Below, in pieces: positions 17,689 to 27,065 of a stretch of DNA of 44,518 nt. The number at the start of each line of letters is the position of its first letter. The first letter of the stretch is position 1. The notes below the pieces were generated by a model that saw nothing but the letters and a program-made list of their open reading frames with translations, did no database searches and was not told the origin of the DNA. Source of the stretch: Candidatus Krumholzibacteriia bacterium (GTDB lineage Bacteria > Krumholzibacteriota > Krumholzibacteriia > WVZY01). The position numbers and the translations under genes were made by a program. Where the stretch lies: positions 1-44,518 of the forward strand of contig JBHHVD010000013.1 of the NCBI GenBank assembly GCA_046754105.1, read 5' to 3'.

Positions 17689-19431
17689 TTATCGCTGCCA
17701 GGATCTGCCGTACCATTTTCTGACAACCTTTTCAGCCGGTTTGTTGTTCGGTGTGAAGCCGGCGCTGCCGCGCCCTCCGTGTTCAAGAAAGCTCGGCCAT
17801 TTCCACCAGTAAATCCCCTCGCACCACGCCTTACCCTGGAGCGCGGCGAACACAGCTTCGTAACACAACGCCTGGTGCTCGGGAAACGCCGTCTGGCGCC
17901 ACGCCGGCTGATGGGGTTTCTTCCACGGGGCCCGTGTGCTGGTGAAACCGATTTCCGTAATCAACACGGGTTTGCGAAAGCGGTCGTACACGTGCCCGAC
18001 CCTCTCGAGCATTCGTTCGGCGCCGTCGCGCAGGTCTTTCGGGGAAGCGTCGTCACGGCTGGCCAGCGGGTAGTAGCAGTCGATGCCGATGTAGTCGAGA
18101 TCGTCCCAAAACGCGACGTTTTCGAATTCCTCTCCCCAATTCGCCGCATAAACCATCGGCCCGCTGAAGATACCCCGCAGCCTCTTTATGAGCTGTCGCC
18201 ATTCCTCCTCGCGCGCGGTCGTCGTCTGCGCGAGCTCGACGCCGATACAGAGAAGATCGATGTCGTACATCTCGGCCAGCAGGGCGTAGTGGCGCATCCA
18301 CCGGTAATAGTATTCGAAGAACGAACGCCACTCGTCCGCATTCTGCATCTCGACGTCCCCCGGCCAGCTGCCGCCACCCAGCCATACATGGGGTTTGAGC
18401 ATCACCGTCATACCGAGCTGCCTCGCCGTGTGTGCGGAATGGATGACGGACTCGTCGTTCTCCGACCCGGCACCATTTGAAAACCGCAGCGGCACCGGCC
18501 GCTTCGGGTTTCGCATATAGGTGAACGGCGTGATCGACACCGCGTTCGTGCCCATTTCGGCGAGCTTCTCGAGGGCCTCGTCCGATTTCTTCGACAGGTA
18601 CCCGTTGAAGATCTGGTATCCCTCGTGGGCGTGACAAAAGCCTTTCTGAAACGAATCGGGGCGCCGTCGATTCTCGCGCTCGTGCCTGACTTGTTTCTCG
18701 ATATCGCGGGATTGCGTCTGGAGGTGGGATTTCCACCCGGCCTCCAGGCGCGCGACTTCCTCCGGCCCCGGCCGCCAGTCGCGGTAATGCTCGATCAGGA
18801 CCGCGCCGCCGAATCTCTCGATCACGTAGTCGACAAAGGAGGCGGCAGCCGCCTCGGCCACCAGGTACGATTCGCGGCCGAGAGCGTCGTTATCAACCAG
18901 GTCGACGAGCGCCGGCAGGTTGTCCGACAGGGAGAGGCGCCCCGCCCAGTAGCGGTAGCCCCTGCCCCGCCACGTCTCCGAGAAATAAACCGCCAGCCCC
19001 GTCTCCAGGAGGTGAGTGGCGGGCTCGCCGAGGTGGCGTTTCAACAGCAGCACCGCGTCCATCTTGGGGTCGTCACCACGGATCCAGTCGTTGATCACCA
19101 GATGGATCGCGTTGCTCTCGATATCGGCGTGGGCGAGTTGCGTGTTACCCGTATGAAGACCCTTGGACTCGAAGCTGGGGTAGATATGATAGTCGATCTT
19201 CGGTGATGGACCCGGCCGGGCGAGAAACTCGACGATCCGCCGGTGAACCCTTTCGCGGTCCCGGGACACCTTCCCCAGCAGGTCCCGGGCCGGCGCGCGG
19301 TCTTCCGCATAGATACGGTAGTTGGGTGTTTCCCGGGTGGCGCTGGCCGGCCGCGCGACGTGGGGGCACAGACACGCCAGCACGCACAGACCCGCGGCGC
19401 GGATACCGGTATGGATGGGGGATCCGGTCAT
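17689..19431 (-). CDS. Secreted protein: degenerate peptidase-MA-like N-terminal domain plus GH113-like TIM-barrel glycoside hydrolase
   Basis: C-terminal half: VMLKPHVW, CIGVE, YAANW, IGIDCYYPL, KPVLITEIGF, GIYWWKW, FTPNNKPA. N-terminal half: LLETGLAVYF, SY...ASFVDYVIERFG, with no HEXXH. Confidence 0.75.
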   Translation of the reverse strand: MTGSPIHTGIRAAGLCVLACLCPHVARPASATRETPNYRIYAEDRAPARDLLGKVSRDRERVHRRIVEFLARPGPSPKIDYHIYPSFESKGLHTGNTQLAHADIESNAIHLVINDWIRGDDPKMDAVLLLKRHLGEPATHLLETGLAVYFSETWRGRGYRYWAGRLSLSDNLPALVDLVDNDALGRESYLVAEAAAASFVDYVIERFGGAVLIEHYRDWRPGPEEVARLEAGWKSHLQTQSRDIEKQVRHERENRRRPDSFQKGFCHAHEGYQIFNGYLSKKSDEALEKLAEMGTNAVSITPFTYMRNPKRPVPLRFSNGAGSENDESVIHSAHTARQLGMTVMLKPHVWLGGGSWPGDVEMQNADEWRSFFEYYYRWMRHYALLAEMYDIDLLCIGVELAQTTTAREEEWRQLIKRLRGIFSGPMVYAANWGEEFENVAFWDDLDYIGIDCYYPLASRDDASPKDLRDGAERMLERVGHVYDRFRKPVLITEIGFTSTRAPWKKPHQPAWRQTAFPEHQALCYEAVFAALQGKAWCEGIYWWKWPSFLEHGGRGSAGFTPNNKPAEKVVRKWYGRSWQR

Positions 19432-19755
19432 AACTCTTTGTATATATGTATCGTAGGCGCGTCCGGCGCAACCGGGGATTGATATTTCCCGGGGGAATCG
19501 CTATAAATAAATGGACTTAGTACGCGAGTGAGCGGCGGCGGGCGATTGCAGAGCGCGGCCCCGCGGCTCAATGGCCCCGACTGGGCCGGAGGTCGTCCCA
19601 GCCGGAGCCGCGGCTCGATCGCGCCGGCCCGCAGGCGGCTCGAACGCCCCGGACGCGCGCGCAGTACGGGACGCCGAAAAGGCCGGCGGGGCAGGGCTCT
19701 ATAACTCACCATAACTACACACGTTAACCCCTCCATCCCGGGCTGAAGTTTGCTC

Positions 19756-19784
19756 ACAACCTTTTTACCCGGCCCAGGGTCTAA
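19756..19784 (+). promoter_or_regulatory. ECF-type promoter ACAACCT-N17-TCTAA (putative autoregulatory promoter of the ECF sigma gene)
   Basis: AAC-containing -35 at 19756-19762 and (G)TCTAA -10 at 19780-19784, directly before ATG 19789. Confidence 0.6.
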
Positions 19785-19788
19785 AGCT

Positions 19789-20385
19789 ATGACCTTGGAA
19801 ATTGATTCTGTGAAACAAAGCGACCAGGAATTAATCTCCAAAGTGCAGCGGGGGGAAACCTCAGCCTTCGACGAATTGGTGTATCGCTATGATCGACAGG
19901 TACTTTCGATCGCCTCGTCATTTACGAACGACCCCGAGGATGCGCGGGACATCTACCAAGAGGTCTTCTTAAGAGTTTTTCGGTCGCTCTCGGGATTTCA
20001 GTTCAGAAGCGAGTTTTCCACATGGCTCTATCGGATTGTCACAAACGTCTGTCTCACGCACCAGCGGCGGAACAAGAGCCGCACCTTCGTGTCGCTGGAG
20101 GAAGAGCTGGAGACGCAGGCACACGCGGTGGAGGCCTCACCGGCCCGGGGCCCGCAGCCGGTTTCGCCGGACCGCCACGCGCAGAATGCGGAGATTTCGA
20201 AATACATTCATGCCGCGCTGGCCACGTTGTCGCCCCAACAGAAGCTGGTCTTTACGCTCAAGCATTATCAGGGGTACAAACTAAGAGAGATCGCTTCCAT
20301 GATGGAGTGCACTGAAGGAACCGTTAAGAAATATCTTTTCACCGCGACGGACAAGATGCGAAAGAGGCTGAAGAGAGTCTTCTGA
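19789..20385 (+). CDS. ECF-family RNA polymerase sigma factor
   Basis: AFDELVYRY, DARDIYQEVFLRVF, FSTWLYRIVTN, LSPQQKLVFTL, EIASMM..TEGTVK. Start ATG 19789 or GTG 19810. Confidence 0.95.
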   Translation: MTLEIDSVKQSDQELISKVQRGETSAFDELVYRYDRQVLSIASSFTNDPEDARDIYQEVFLRVFRSLSGFQFRSEFSTWLYRIVTNVCLTHQRRNKSRTFVSLEEELETQAHAVEASPARGPQPVSPDRHAQNAEISKYIHAALATLSPQQKLVFTLKHYQGYKLREIASMMECTEGTVKKYLFTATDKMRKRLKRVF

Positions 20386-20392
20386 CCAAGAG

Positions 20393-21427
20393 GTGCAACG
20401 GATGGATCACGAACAATACAGAGAATTGCTGCAGCTTGCCATTTCGGACGAGATCAGTAGAGATGAAATGATGTCTCTGCGGGATCATCTCACCGAATGT
20501 GACACGTGCCGGGCGGAGTTCAACGAACTGAGACAGTTAATGACCGTCCTCGGGGATGGTGGAACCACGGAACCTTCGGAGCAAATGTTGTGGGAAACTC
20601 GTCGGAGACTCTTTGAAACCATCCGTCAGGAATCTCCGGTGGAGTCAGCATTGGCACGTACGACGCAGGACGTGGCACCGATGGTTCCGGGCCCATTGGC
20701 CGGACGAGGGACCTCCCTCTCCCCGGGCGGTCTTCTTAGCGGGTGGACGGGCTGGATGCGCGGGTACCGGCTGGCTTTTTCCGGGGCGACCGCCATCGCG
20801 ATCGGGGTTTTTATCGGTTATTTGTCGTTCGGCCGCGGCAATGCCCGGCCGATGGCCGGGAACGTTCCGGCGGCGGCGAACCATGAAGCGATCGGCAATC
20901 CCGACATTGCGAACGTCCGCTTCGTGGACACCGGCTCCGCCGGGGGCGAGCTCGAGGTGCAATACGATCTCGTGCGCCCGGTCCGGCTTCGTGCGGGGCT
21001 CGACGACGTGCGCATGCAGCGCATGCTGGCCTACGCGCTCCTCAATGAGGAGAACGCCGGTGTGCGGCTCAAGGCGGTCAACGCATTCGCCGAGGGCGCT
21101 ACCCGATCCAGGGATGAGGAAGTCAAAGTAGCGCTCATCGAGGCGCTTACGACGGATCCAAACCCCGGCGTTCGCAGGGAGTCACTCCGTGTACTACAAC
21201 AGATGCCTTTTGATGATGATGTCAAGAATGCGTGTCTCTACGTATTGACCAACGATCGCAACCCTGGCATGCGGGTTGCCTCGATCAGTCTGCTTGCCCG
21301 AGCCACCCAAGAGGGTGACATCGTCGGTGGCGAAATCTATAGTGAACTGAAATCACAACTCGGAGACGACGATCTTCTCCGCGCCAATACAGCTGCGTTT
21401 ATCCAGGAGGATGATGATGCTGAGTAA
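20393..21427 (+). CDS. Anti-sigma factor: zinc-binding ZAS (zf-HC2) domain, one TM helix, extracytoplasmic HEAT repeats
   Basis: HLTECDTC (HxxxCxxC); TM AIAIGVFIGYLSF; three HEAT-like repeats NAGVRLKAV, NPGVRRESL, NPGMRVASI. Confidence 0.88.
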   Translation: MQRMDHEQYRELLQLAISDEISRDEMMSLRDHLTECDTCRAEFNELRQLMTVLGDGGTTEPSEQMLWETRRRLFETIRQESPVESALARTTQDVAPMVPGPLAGRGTSLSPGGLLSGWTGWMRGYRLAFSGATAIAIGVFIGYLSFGRGNARPMAGNVPAAANHEAIGNPDIANVRFVDTGSAGGELEVQYDLVRPVRLRAGLDDVRMQRMLAYALLNEENAGVRLKAVNAFAEGATRSRDEEVKVALIEALTTDPNPGVRRESLRVLQQMPFDDDVKNACLYVLTNDRNPGMRVASISLLARATQEGDIVGGEIYSELKSQLGDDDLLRANTAAFIQEDDDAE

Positions 21428-22592
21428 GTACAAATGGCGAATCGTTACGATGCTGGTGGTGTTCCTCACGTTGTCGGCGGCGTTGGCGCTGGCCGGCCGC
21501 AGAACCAGCAAGACCGAATCGTTCAAGGTGAAAAAGGGTGGAGAGCTCGTCGTTCGCGCGGAAAACGTCGGTGCGGATATCGAAATCCGGGTGTGGACCA
21601 GAAGCGAAGTCAAAGTGGAAGTCGACGGCATTCCCGAAGAGGATATCGAAGACCTGGAGATCTCGGCCAGCGGCAACACGGTGCACGTGGATTACTACGG
21701 CCGTCGTGGTTGGCACCGGTCGGGGCACATCCTGATCTCCGTGGACGTGCCGCCGGAGTTCAGTCTCGATCTTCAAACTTCCGGCGGTGATATAGAAGTG
21801 AACGACCGCCTAAGCGGCACGGTCAAAGCCGCGACGGCCGGCGGTGACATCGAGATCGACCAGGTGGACGGCGAGGTTTCGCTGCGAACCTCCGGTGGCG
21901 ACATCACCGCGCGGGACGTTCTCGGCAACGCCGAATTCCAGACTTCGGGCGGCGACATAGATGTCGGCGACGTCAAAGGCAAACTCTCGGCGCACACTTC
22001 AGGCGGCGACATAACGGTCGGAGCCGTAGAGAACGATCTCGACGCGAAGACCGCGGGTGGCGACATTGAAGTCGGAGACGTGGGAGGCTATGCCGATGTC
22101 TCGACGGCCGGCGGGGACGTGCGCCTGGGCGAGGTTTCGGGCACGGCCGACCTTAGAACCGCGGGCGGCGACATCGAGCTACTGAGTGCCTCCGGGCGGG
22201 TCACCGCCCGCACGGCCGGCGGTGACATTGTGCTGGAGAACATCAGCGGTTCGATCGAGGCCGAAACGGCGGGCGGAGACATCGTCGTTCAGCTCGTGCC
22301 GGCCGGCAACCGGGACAGCCGTTTCGAGACGGCCGGTGGCGATATCGAGCTCTACCTGCCGGAGAAGGCCAAGGCGAACATCCTGGCGAAGATACGCATA
22401 CATGGCGGTTGGGGATGGGATGATGACGAAGAGGGCGATTTTGACGTCTACTCGGACTTCAAAGCCGCGAAGCACGAGCGCAACCGCCGGGGCGTACTTG
22501 CCGAGTACGTGCTCAACGGCGGCGGCGCAAACATTTCACTCAAGACGACCAACGGTGATATCGAAATCCGTAGGCTCAGCGGGAGATACTAA
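21417..22592 (+). CDS. Secreted DUF4097-family beta-strand-repeat (beta-solenoid) protein
   Basis: Signal peptide; 11 T[SA]GGD[IV] repeats mostly at 18-aa spacing plus a terminal TTNGDI. SD CAGGAGG overlaps the end of the anti-sigma gene. Confidence 0.9.
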   Translation: MLSKYKWRIVTMLVVFLTLSAALALAGRRTSKTESFKVKKGGELVVRAENVGADIEIRVWTRSEVKVEVDGIPEEDIEDLEISASGNTVHVDYYGRRGWHRSGHILISVDVPPEFSLDLQTSGGDIEVNDRLSGTVKAATAGGDIEIDQVDGEVSLRTSGGDITARDVLGNAEFQTSGGDIDVGDVKGKLSAHTSGGDITVGAVENDLDAKTAGGDIEVGDVGGYADVSTAGGDVRLGEVSGTADLRTAGGDIELLSASGRVTARTAGGDIVLENISGSIEAETAGGDIVVQLVPAGNRDSRFETAGGDIELYLPEKAKANILAKIRIHGGWGWDDDEEGDFDVYSDFKAAKHERNRRGVLAEYVLNGGGANISLKTTNGDIEIRRLSGRY

Positions 22593-22708
22593 GAGATCAT
22601 AACCAGAACTACAAACCGGGGAATCGATTGAAAGTAGTCGATCTTTTGAGCGAGATTCATCCCTAGCCAGTCCCCATTCACACCGTAATCAGAGGTCAGG
22701 AGGTTGCC

Positions 22709-25378
22709 ATGCTCAGGTGCCAATGGATTCCTACGCCCAAAAATCGAGCGATCACATGGGTCGTGACGGGGATGACAGCCGTGTTCTCGATTCCTGTAGC
22801 GGCGGGCGCGGGGGAGAAGAGCGATGCCGAGCGGACAAAGGCCGTCCGGCAGATCCGCGCGCTGCGGATAAACCCGCACGCCCCCAGGATCGATGGAAGG
22901 CTCGACGATGAGATCTGGCGCAAGGCGGAGTTTTTCTCGAAGTTCACCCAGAAAGAGCCCAACGAGGGCGAGTCGGCGTTGAACGAGACGGCGATCGCCG
23001 TTGTCTACGACGACGAGGCGCTCTACATCGGCGCACGCATGCATTGCAAGGATCCCGACAACATCCTGGCCACGGTGAGCCGCCGAGACAACGTGACCAA
23101 CTCCGAGCGAGTGCTGGTTTCCCTGGATTCCTATAACGATAACCGGACCGCATATACCTTCGGAATCACGGCCTCGGGCGTGCGGGTGGACTACTATCAT
23201 GGCGCCGACTATGAGTTCAATCGCGACTACGACTTCGATCCCGTGTGGCAGTCGGCCGCGGAACGCGGTGGCGACGGATGGAACGCCGAAATGCGGATTC
23301 CATTCTCCCAGCTCCGCTTCAACAAGAAGGACGTGCAGGTATGGGGAATCAACGTCAATCGCTGGGTTCCGACGGACAATGAGGATTCGTATTTCGTCAT
23401 GGTTCCCAAGAACGAGACGGGATGGTCGTCGCGGATGGCCGATCTGGTCGGTATCGAGGGGATAAAGCCGTCGCGACGCATCGAGGTTCTACCCTACGTG
23501 GCAAACGACGCGACCTTCCGCAGCGGTGTGGACGCGGGGGATCCGTTTCGCGACGGGGAGGAGTTCAAGGCACGGATCGGCGCCGATTTCAAGATGGGCG
23601 TCGGACCCAACCTGACACTGGAAGGCACCGTCAACCCGGACTTCGGGCAGGTGGAGGCCGACCCCGCGGAGGTCAACCTCTCGGCGTTCGAGACCTTCTT
23701 CTCGGAGCGGCGGCCGTTCTTTACCGAAGGCAGCAACCTGCTGAACGGCGGCGGCGCAGGCTATTTCTACTCGCGCCGAATCGGCGCACGGCCGCACGGG
23801 AGTCCCGACGGGGAGTTCGTCGACAGCCCGGACAACACGTCGATTCTAGGCGCGGCCAAGCTGACCGGCCGGCTCAACTCGGGCCTTTCGGTCGGTGTGC
23901 TCGGCGCGGTCACCCAGAGAGAACACGCCAGGATCTTCGACTCGGGCGTCACCACGGAAGAGGAAGTGGAACCGCTCACCGGTTACGGCGTCGTTCGCCT
24001 GCAGCAGGAATTCGGCAAGGAGGCCTCCACGGTCGGAATGATCCTTACCGGCATAGAGCGCGATGTAACCGACGGTTCCGACCTCGCGACTTTCCTTCGG
24101 ACACGCGCCATTGCCGGGGGAACCGACTGGAACCTTCGGTTCGACGGCGGCAAATACGAGCTCGGGGGCAACGTCGGTTTCAGCCGCATCGAAGGCACCC
24201 GGGCCGCCATCGCCGAGGCCCAGCAGTCGAGTGCTCGCTATTTCCAGCGCCCCGACGCGGGCCACACCGAATTCGATCCAACGCGCACCTCCCTCAACGG
24301 CTGGACGTCCGATTTGTGGTTCGAGAAAAACGGCGGCGAGCACTGGTTGTGGGGCGGTTTCGCCGGTGCGGAGTCGCCGGGGTTCGAGATCAACGACACG
24401 GGCCGTCTCGGCACGGCGGACGACATCGACAGCCGTGCGTGGGTGAGATATCGCGAGAACGATCCAGGCAGGCATTTTCAAAGCTGGTGGGCCAACGCGT
24501 CGCTGGGCAGCGGCTGGAACTTCGACCGCGACCGGCAGTACGCATTCCTCGACCTGGAGAGCGTGTTTACGTTCAAGAACTTCATGGGCAGCTTCCTCGG
24601 CTATGAGTACTTCCCCGCCGCGCAAAGCGACAACCTGACCCGCGGCGGGCCCTCGATGGGCACCGGCAAGAACTGGAACGGTTGGGCTGAGCTGTGGAGC
24701 AACAACCAGAAGAAGACGACGTGGAATGTATGGGGCGGTTACTCGGAAGGCGAAACGGGAGGTTGGAGTTACAACCTCGGCGGTGGGATTACGCTGCGGC
24801 CGGGCGACCGCTGGCAGGTGTCGTTCAACCCGCGGTGGAACCAGAGGGTCAGCAGCCGCCAGTACATCGACACCTTTGGCGGCGGCAGCCAGGCCACGTT
24901 TGGAAGCCGCTACCTGTTCTCATCGATCGAGCGCAGCCAGCTGGTGACGCAGCTGCGCCTCAACTATTCGTTCACGCCTGACTTGTCGCTGGAGCTCTAC
25001 GCGGAGCCGTTTGCCGCCAGCGGGCGCTACTTCCGGTTTGGTGAGCTGTCGGCGGCGCGCAGCAAGGATCTCCGGCACTACGGAACCGACGGAACCAGCA
25101 TCTTGAACAACGGTGACGGGACGTACACGGTAACCGACGGGGCGCAGACATTCGACTTCGAGCAGCCTGATTTCAACTTTCTGTCCTTCCGATCGAATCT
25201 CGTCATGCGCTGGGAGTGGAGCCCGGGAAGTACGTTGTTTCTCGTTTGGCAGCAGAACCGGTCGGACGACAACGAGTCCGGCTCGCTGGTCGGACCGACG
25301 CGTCTGTTCGACGCGCTCTCCGCCGAGGGTGACAATTTTGTCGCGCTCAAGGTAACCTACTGGCTGCCCTTTCTATAG
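22709..25378 (+). CDS. CBM9-like sugar-binding domain plus DUF5916 outer-membrane beta-barrel protein
   Basis: PRIDGRLDDEIW, YDDEALYIG, AEMRIPFSQLRF, TVNPDFGQVEAD, FFSERRPFFTEG, FYSRRIG, GAAKLTG; barrel-type C-terminus KVTYWLPFL. Confidence 0.85.
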   Translation: MLRCQWIPTPKNRAITWVVTGMTAVFSIPVAAGAGEKSDAERTKAVRQIRALRINPHAPRIDGRLDDEIWRKAEFFSKFTQKEPNEGESALNETAIAVVYDDEALYIGARMHCKDPDNILATVSRRDNVTNSERVLVSLDSYNDNRTAYTFGITASGVRVDYYHGADYEFNRDYDFDPVWQSAAERGGDGWNAEMRIPFSQLRFNKKDVQVWGINVNRWVPTDNEDSYFVMVPKNETGWSSRMADLVGIEGIKPSRRIEVLPYVANDATFRSGVDAGDPFRDGEEFKARIGADFKMGVGPNLTLEGTVNPDFGQVEADPAEVNLSAFETFFSERRPFFTEGSNLLNGGGAGYFYSRRIGARPHGSPDGEFVDSPDNTSILGAAKLTGRLNSGLSVGVLGAVTQREHARIFDSGVTTEEEVEPLTGYGVVRLQQEFGKEASTVGMILTGIERDVTDGSDLATFLRTRAIAGGTDWNLRFDGGKYELGGNVGFSRIEGTRAAIAEAQQSSARYFQRPDAGHTEFDPTRTSLNGWTSDLWFEKNGGEHWLWGGFAGAESPGFEINDTGRLGTADDIDSRAWVRYRENDPGRHFQSWWANASLGSGWNFDRDRQYAFLDLESVFTFKNFMGSFLGYEYFPAAQSDNLTRGGPSMGTGKNWNGWAELWSNNQKKTTWNVWGGYSEGETGGWSYNLGGGITLRPGDRWQVSFNPRWNQRVSSRQYIDTFGGGSQATFGSRYLFSSIERSQLVTQLRLNYSFTPDLSLELYAEPFAASGRYFRFGELSAARSKDLRHYGTDGTSILNNGDGTYTVTDGAQTFDFEQPDFNFLSFRSNLVMRWEWSPGSTLFLVWQQNRSDDNESGSLVGPTRLFDALSAEGDNFVALKVTYWLPFL

Positions 25379-25390
25379 GTCCGTCTCCGT

Positions 25391-25446
25391 GCTGGGCCGG
25401 GCCCGGTGGCCCCTTCTGGATCGCCGGCCCGGCTCAGCGTTTTCTT
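25391..25446 (+). terminator. Hairpin GCTGGGCCGGGCC / GGCCCGGCTCAGC followed by a T-run, between convergent genes
   Basis: 13-bp stem (one G-U) at 25391-25403 and 25426-25438; the 22-nt loop is longer than is typical. Confidence 0.45.
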
Positions 25447-25733
25447 CGCTTCCGGGCCGAGTTGATCTGCATCACCCGGTCGATCAAGTCTTCCACCCGC
25501 AGAGAAGCGATGGTGTCGCCGATCAGCGGCAGCGGAAGATCGTCGACGTTGCGAAACCGCACACACGACTTGCCGGCATCAAAGCGTTTCCCCGTGGCCC
25601 TGTAGGCCGCCTCGAATTCCTTTCGTGAGGTCTCCGAAGAATAGATGCCCGCCAGATAGACCGCCATGTGATTCTTCTGCGAGGCGAGCGCCGCGTACAT
25701 GAGCGGCTGGCCGTTAGCAGCCTCTGATCGCAT
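25434..25733 (-). pseudogene. DUF1801-family protein with an apparent in-frame internal deletion
   Basis: NGQPLMYAALASQKNHMAVYL and DAGKSCVRF are DUF1801 signatures. Strong SD AGGAGG before MRSEAA, but the usual N-terminal helical segment is missing. Confidence 0.65.
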
Positions 25734-25957
25734 GTGTGGCCTCCTGGTGGATGGTTATCGAAATGTCGTTACGGGCTCCCCCGGAGATGGGCGCGCCGGT
25801 ATGCGGGGGAACGGACCGGAGTATACCGCGCCGGGCGTGAGCCGTTCCATCGCCGTGCTCCGCAGTACCGCCTGCGCGTTCGCCCTTGAATTTGCACCTG
25901 CTGTATGCTATTAGTTCTTATTCACTTATCGCCGCGATCCGTCTCGGGACATAGTTG

Positions 25958-27061
25958 ATGCACATACAGATCCAGGTCGACGCAGAAGAGTTCTGGCCGA
26001 GCTTGCAGTCGGATATCCGGGCGGCGCGGGATTACGTGTACATTCAGACGCTGTCCCTCGAAGGCGACGCGGTCGGCAAGGCCGTGTCCCGGTGCCTCGC
26101 AGAGTGCGCCGCTCCGGACCGGCGCATCATAGCGGACGAGTTCTATACCAAACATCGCATCAACGACAAGTACCTTCACAGCCCAAGGAACTGGTTCGAC
26201 AAGGAGATTCGCGCGGAGCGCGACGAGACCCTGCGGATGATGGCGCGGCTCGCGGCCAGGGGGGTCGCCATAAAGCTGGCCAACCCATCCGGCCCCCTCA
26301 CACTCCTGGCCTTCGCCCGCGCCCACAAGAAGATCATCGCGGTGGATGACCGCGTGGCCTACATCGGAGGCATTAATTTCACGGAACACAACTTTGCATG
26401 GCACGACATGATGCTTCGTGTCGAAGACACAGAAATGACGACGTTCCTCAAAGAGGATTTCCTCGGTACCTGGCAGGGTATCCATTTGAATACATCCCAC
26501 CGGTTCGGCGAGATCGAGCTCCATCGATTCGACGCCCGCTCGAACCGCCGCACTTTTCGGCCGATACTGGATCTTATCGGGAACGCGCGCGAATCGGTCT
26601 ACGTCATAAGCCCGTACGTGACAAGTCCATTCATCGAGCGACTTCGCGAGGCGCGCGCAAACGGGGCCAACGTAACGCTACTCACGCCGGAGAGGAACAA
26701 CTGGAGTGCGTTCAAGGAGTACATCCTGTGGGAATCACGGCGGAGCGGCTTCGACGTGCGCCTCTACCGGGATCGCATGGTTCACATGAAAGCGATCCTT
26801 ATAGATGACCGGTACCTGATCGCCGGCTCATCGAACTTCGATTTTTTGAGCAGCCGTTTCCTGCAGGAACTCGTCGCCGTCATCACGGATCGCCGGACGA
26901 TCGCCCAGTTCAAGGAACGGGTCCTCGAGAAGGACCTCGGAGCGGCTACCGCCGCCGATGCGGCCGTGCCGGGCTGGCGAGGGCACTCTCACCGGTTGCG
27001 GATGAAGTTACTTACGTATTTTTTTCTCGTCCTTCAAAAGGCTTTTTCAAAGTGGAGGTAG
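25958..27061 (+). CDS. Phospholipase D / cardiolipin synthase-family protein
   Basis: Two HKD motifs: AHKKIIAVDD...GGIN and VHMKAILIDD...GSSNFD; WHDMML; SPYV. Confidence 0.9.
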   Translation: MHIQIQVDAEEFWPSLQSDIRAARDYVYIQTLSLEGDAVGKAVSRCLAECAAPDRRIIADEFYTKHRINDKYLHSPRNWFDKEIRAERDETLRMMARLAARGVAIKLANPSGPLTLLAFARAHKKIIAVDDRVAYIGGINFTEHNFAWHDMMLRVEDTEMTTFLKEDFLGTWQGIHLNTSHRFGEIELHRFDARSNRRTFRPILDLIGNARESVYVISPYVTSPFIERLREARANGANVTLLTPERNNWSAFKEYILWESRRSGFDVRLYRDRMVHMKAILIDDRYLIAGSSNFDFLSSRFLQELVAVITDRRTIAQFKERVLEKDLGAATAADAAVPGWRGHSHRLRMKLLTYFFLVLQKAFSKWR

Positions 27062-27065
27062 GTCG

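Noticed and set aside
21775..22350. Regular repeats of about 54 nt (GGCGGxGACAT) that might suggest a CRISPR array
   Set aside because: They are in-frame coding repeats (T[SA]GGDI) with synonymous variation; no cas genes are present.
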